This document shows positions 61,163-64,000 of a stretch of DNA of 64,000 bases, one piece after another (position 1 is the first letter of the stretch; each line of letters starts with the position of its first letter). The stretch is taken from positions 31,868,001-31,932,000 of the forward strand of contig NC_042997.1 of assembly GCF_006345805.1 (NCBI RefSeq). Reading direction: 5' to 3'. The translations under genes were made by a program, and so were the position numbers. Under the pieces are notes generated by a model, which was not told the origin of the DNA, did no database searches, and was given only the letters and a program-made list of their open reading frames with translations. The DNA is from Octopus sinensis. Its lineage: Eukaryota.

Positions 61163-64000
61163 TATTCTGAATATTGAAAGAGTTTTTCCTATCTAATATT
61201 CTTCCAAAATTGTTTAAATCTATTCTTGTATTGGTAATTTGTGTTCGGCTCAGACACCCCTCCTTGTTAGTCAATAAACAATTTGAATAGATTTTTGTAT
61301 GAGAAGGTCAGTTAAGTTTCACTGCTAATTAAGCTACCAGACTTCTTTTTATTATTTTCCTTTCATATTTTTTATGAGACTCCTTGTTCTAGAAATGATT
61401 TCTAACTTCGATTTCTTCAGAGATATCCCCCAAAACTTACAAAGCATCAACCCATTTTGTGCTCAATGAGTATTTGTCAGATGGATGGATCCTGAGTCAG
61501 GTCCATTTTGATTGTCCTGATATATATTCATGTCCACAAGGCCTTGTTGACATAAGGATGGTTAACATTGTTGTAGTCAGGAATTCTAGTTTTTTCTTCT
61601 CGCCCTTTTCAAGCCTAGCCTGGCTCATGGGCCCGGTTTCCCGGTTTCTGTGGCGTATGTGTTCCCCCCCAGCTGGATGGAACGCCAGTCCATCACAGCG
61701 TTACTCAAGAAACAGGAAGAGAGAGTGAGAGGAAGTTGTGGCGAAAGAGTATAACAGGGGTCACCACCACCCCCTGCCGGAGCCTCGTGGATCTTTTAGG
61801 TGTTTTCGCTCAATAAACACACACAACACCCGGTCTGCGAATCGAAACTGTGATCCTCCGACCACAAGTCCACTGCCCTAACCACTGGACCATTGTGCCT
61901 CCACCTAGTTTTTTCTACTGGAGTAAATTGAACTTAGCATCTGTTTACATCTGAATTGATTGGATTAGTTCTGAAAGATAACTGACGGAGCTACTGACAC
62001 AACACACTGCTACCTATACTGGACGTCTACTACTCATTAGACACACCATTTCCACTATGCCCACCAGACAAGCTTCTGTGATTTCTCTTACCAAGTTTCA
62101 TTCAATGCTTTTAGTTGGCCTGTTATGGTTGAGACACTTGTCCAAGGTGTCATGCAGTGATATTGAACCTAGAACCATGCAGTTGTGAGCCAAACTTAAC
62201 TATACAACAATGCCTGATTAGATACTGTAAATTTTTTATCCTACAATCATTTTATTGTTGAAATGGGTGGGTTGGTTGGGTATAGCTTTTAGCATATCTA
62301 CTTCTCAAACTCCTTTGTCTCATCTCTGGGGGCCAATATTTCAAGACCAGTAGTTGCCCAAGCATACCACTCTCCCCTCTCTATGCCACCGATGTTATCC
62401 AACAGAAAGGCAAAGGTCAATACAGCTTGGCACCAGTGACATCGCAACTCATTTCTACAAATGAGTGAACTGGAGCAACGTGAAATAAAGTGTCTTGCTC
62501 AAGAGCACAACACACAACCCAGTCCAGGAATGAAATTCCCTACCTCATGATTGTGAACCCCATACTTTAACCACTGAGCCATTTGCCTTCACTCACTGCC
62601 CATTTTGCATGTCCATACCAATGCAAATCTTTCATATATATATAATTTGGCTTGGATTCTACAGCTGGATACTCTTCCTAACACCATATTGTTAACTCCA
62701 GGTCAGCCTTTCTCAAGGAGGCATATGATTGAAAGTATAGCAACCATGACCAGTCCAGCATCTAATTATCTAGTATGGTGTGATTTGCATGTATTGTTTT
62801 GAAAGATGGCTGCATTTCCTACTTCAACTCTGAAGTTTGTATCAGCCAAACAAATTAAGGTATACAGAGTTACCTTTTTGTGCAGGTGGAGAATGAACAA
62901 TGCCATAGATCTACAATATTTGAATATTTTCTAACTTAATAAAGGCTTTTTTCCCCCCTTTTTTTTATGGCTTAGCGCAGTGCCCATATGGTATGGGCAG
63001 TCCCCATACTCTGGACCTCTACAGAAGTCTGTTGTAAGGATAGGAGCTCTCTTGTTGGTTACAATGACAAGGGTCCCAGCTGATACGATCAACAGAACAG
63101 CTTGTGAAATTAATGTGCAAGTGGCTGAGCACTCCACAGACACACGTACCCCTTTACATATGGAGCCCATAAGTGAGCAAATTACATAGAAAGCTCTCCC
63201 AAGAGTGGAGATAACTAAATTGATATAAGCATCCAACCCATACCAGCATGGACAACAAACATTAAATGATGATGATGATGATGATAATTGAGCTACTAGT
63301 GCTTGGTTTGAACTCACATGTATTACTGGTGTTTTGTTGTCTTTCTGAATAGAAAAAATTTGTTTATTTACTTTAAGTTTACTTAACTATTGTTGGCAAT
63401 CGGCGCCAAGACTTAATGGAAGAGTTATCTTCCAGAAACTAACTAGGTAACAAGTTAGCTAATTCATTAGAGGGTTAAATGACTTGCTGTATTCGTCCTG
63501 GTTCTCTGCTTTGTAAGTTCAAATCCTGTCAATGTCAGGGGCTATAAAATAAAGGATCTAGTCTTGTGCTGTAAATTGGTCAAATTATTCACATATGGTA
63601 TCTGTTCTGGCCCTTTGCATTTTGGGGTTTTGAATAACAAATTTAATTCATCACCCAGTTAAGCAGCAACATTTGGTCTTTGCTCTGCCTTCAGCAAAGT
63701 TCACTCTTGTAAGCATTTGAGCTAGATCTCAGATTTGAGGATAGCTTCCTTCTTCCCATTATAAATCAGAGGCCCTGAAGAACAAAAATCAGGTCATTGA
63801 TGATACCCTTTTCTTTCTAAGTGATAAAAAAGAAGTCCTAAGTCAACGCAATAAGTTATACAGCACAAAGTAACCTCCCCATCAATTACAAACAGCCTAT
63901 AAACCTAGTACACTTGATATGCCATGCTTTAGTTTGTACTACTATCATGCTGTTGATTATTCTTACATAGACTACTTAACAGCTTGTGGATCACAGTACA

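Overview
AT-rich, repeat-dominated eukaryotic DNA. The SINE families and microsatellite load match what I recall of octopus (coleoid cephalopod) genomes; this is an inference, not a database result. The only host coding sequence I can identify is the first coding exon of flotillin-1 (34291-34336, + strand, MGFEVCGPNEVMVVSG, then a GTAAGT donor). I found no further FLOT1 exon by eye, so the rest of the window is probably one intron of more than 29 kb. Almost everything else is transposon debris: two tRNA-derived SINE families (called A and B here), CR1/L2-like, Tx1/L1-like and Penelope-like retroelement remnants, non-autonomous Helitrons, Tc1/mariner/pogo, hAT and piggyBac derivatives, and long microsatellites. 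Nearly all ORFs in the supplied track are microsatellite or SINE read-throughs. I see no unequivocal new biological system. The best leads are: (1) two LINE-SINE partnerships readable from shared 3' tails, one with a compensatory stem-loop; (2) a triple-nested and a tandem SINE array pointing to 3'-microhomology target selection; (3) a hammerhead-like motif in a Penelope-type end; (4) a sharply bounded CpG desert (about 38.7-56.7 kb) suggesting a methylated, possibly unannotated transcription unit inside the FLOT1 intron; (5) a two-hairpin ncRNA candidate at 48.8 kb. Repeat boundaries are read by eye and may be off by several bases.
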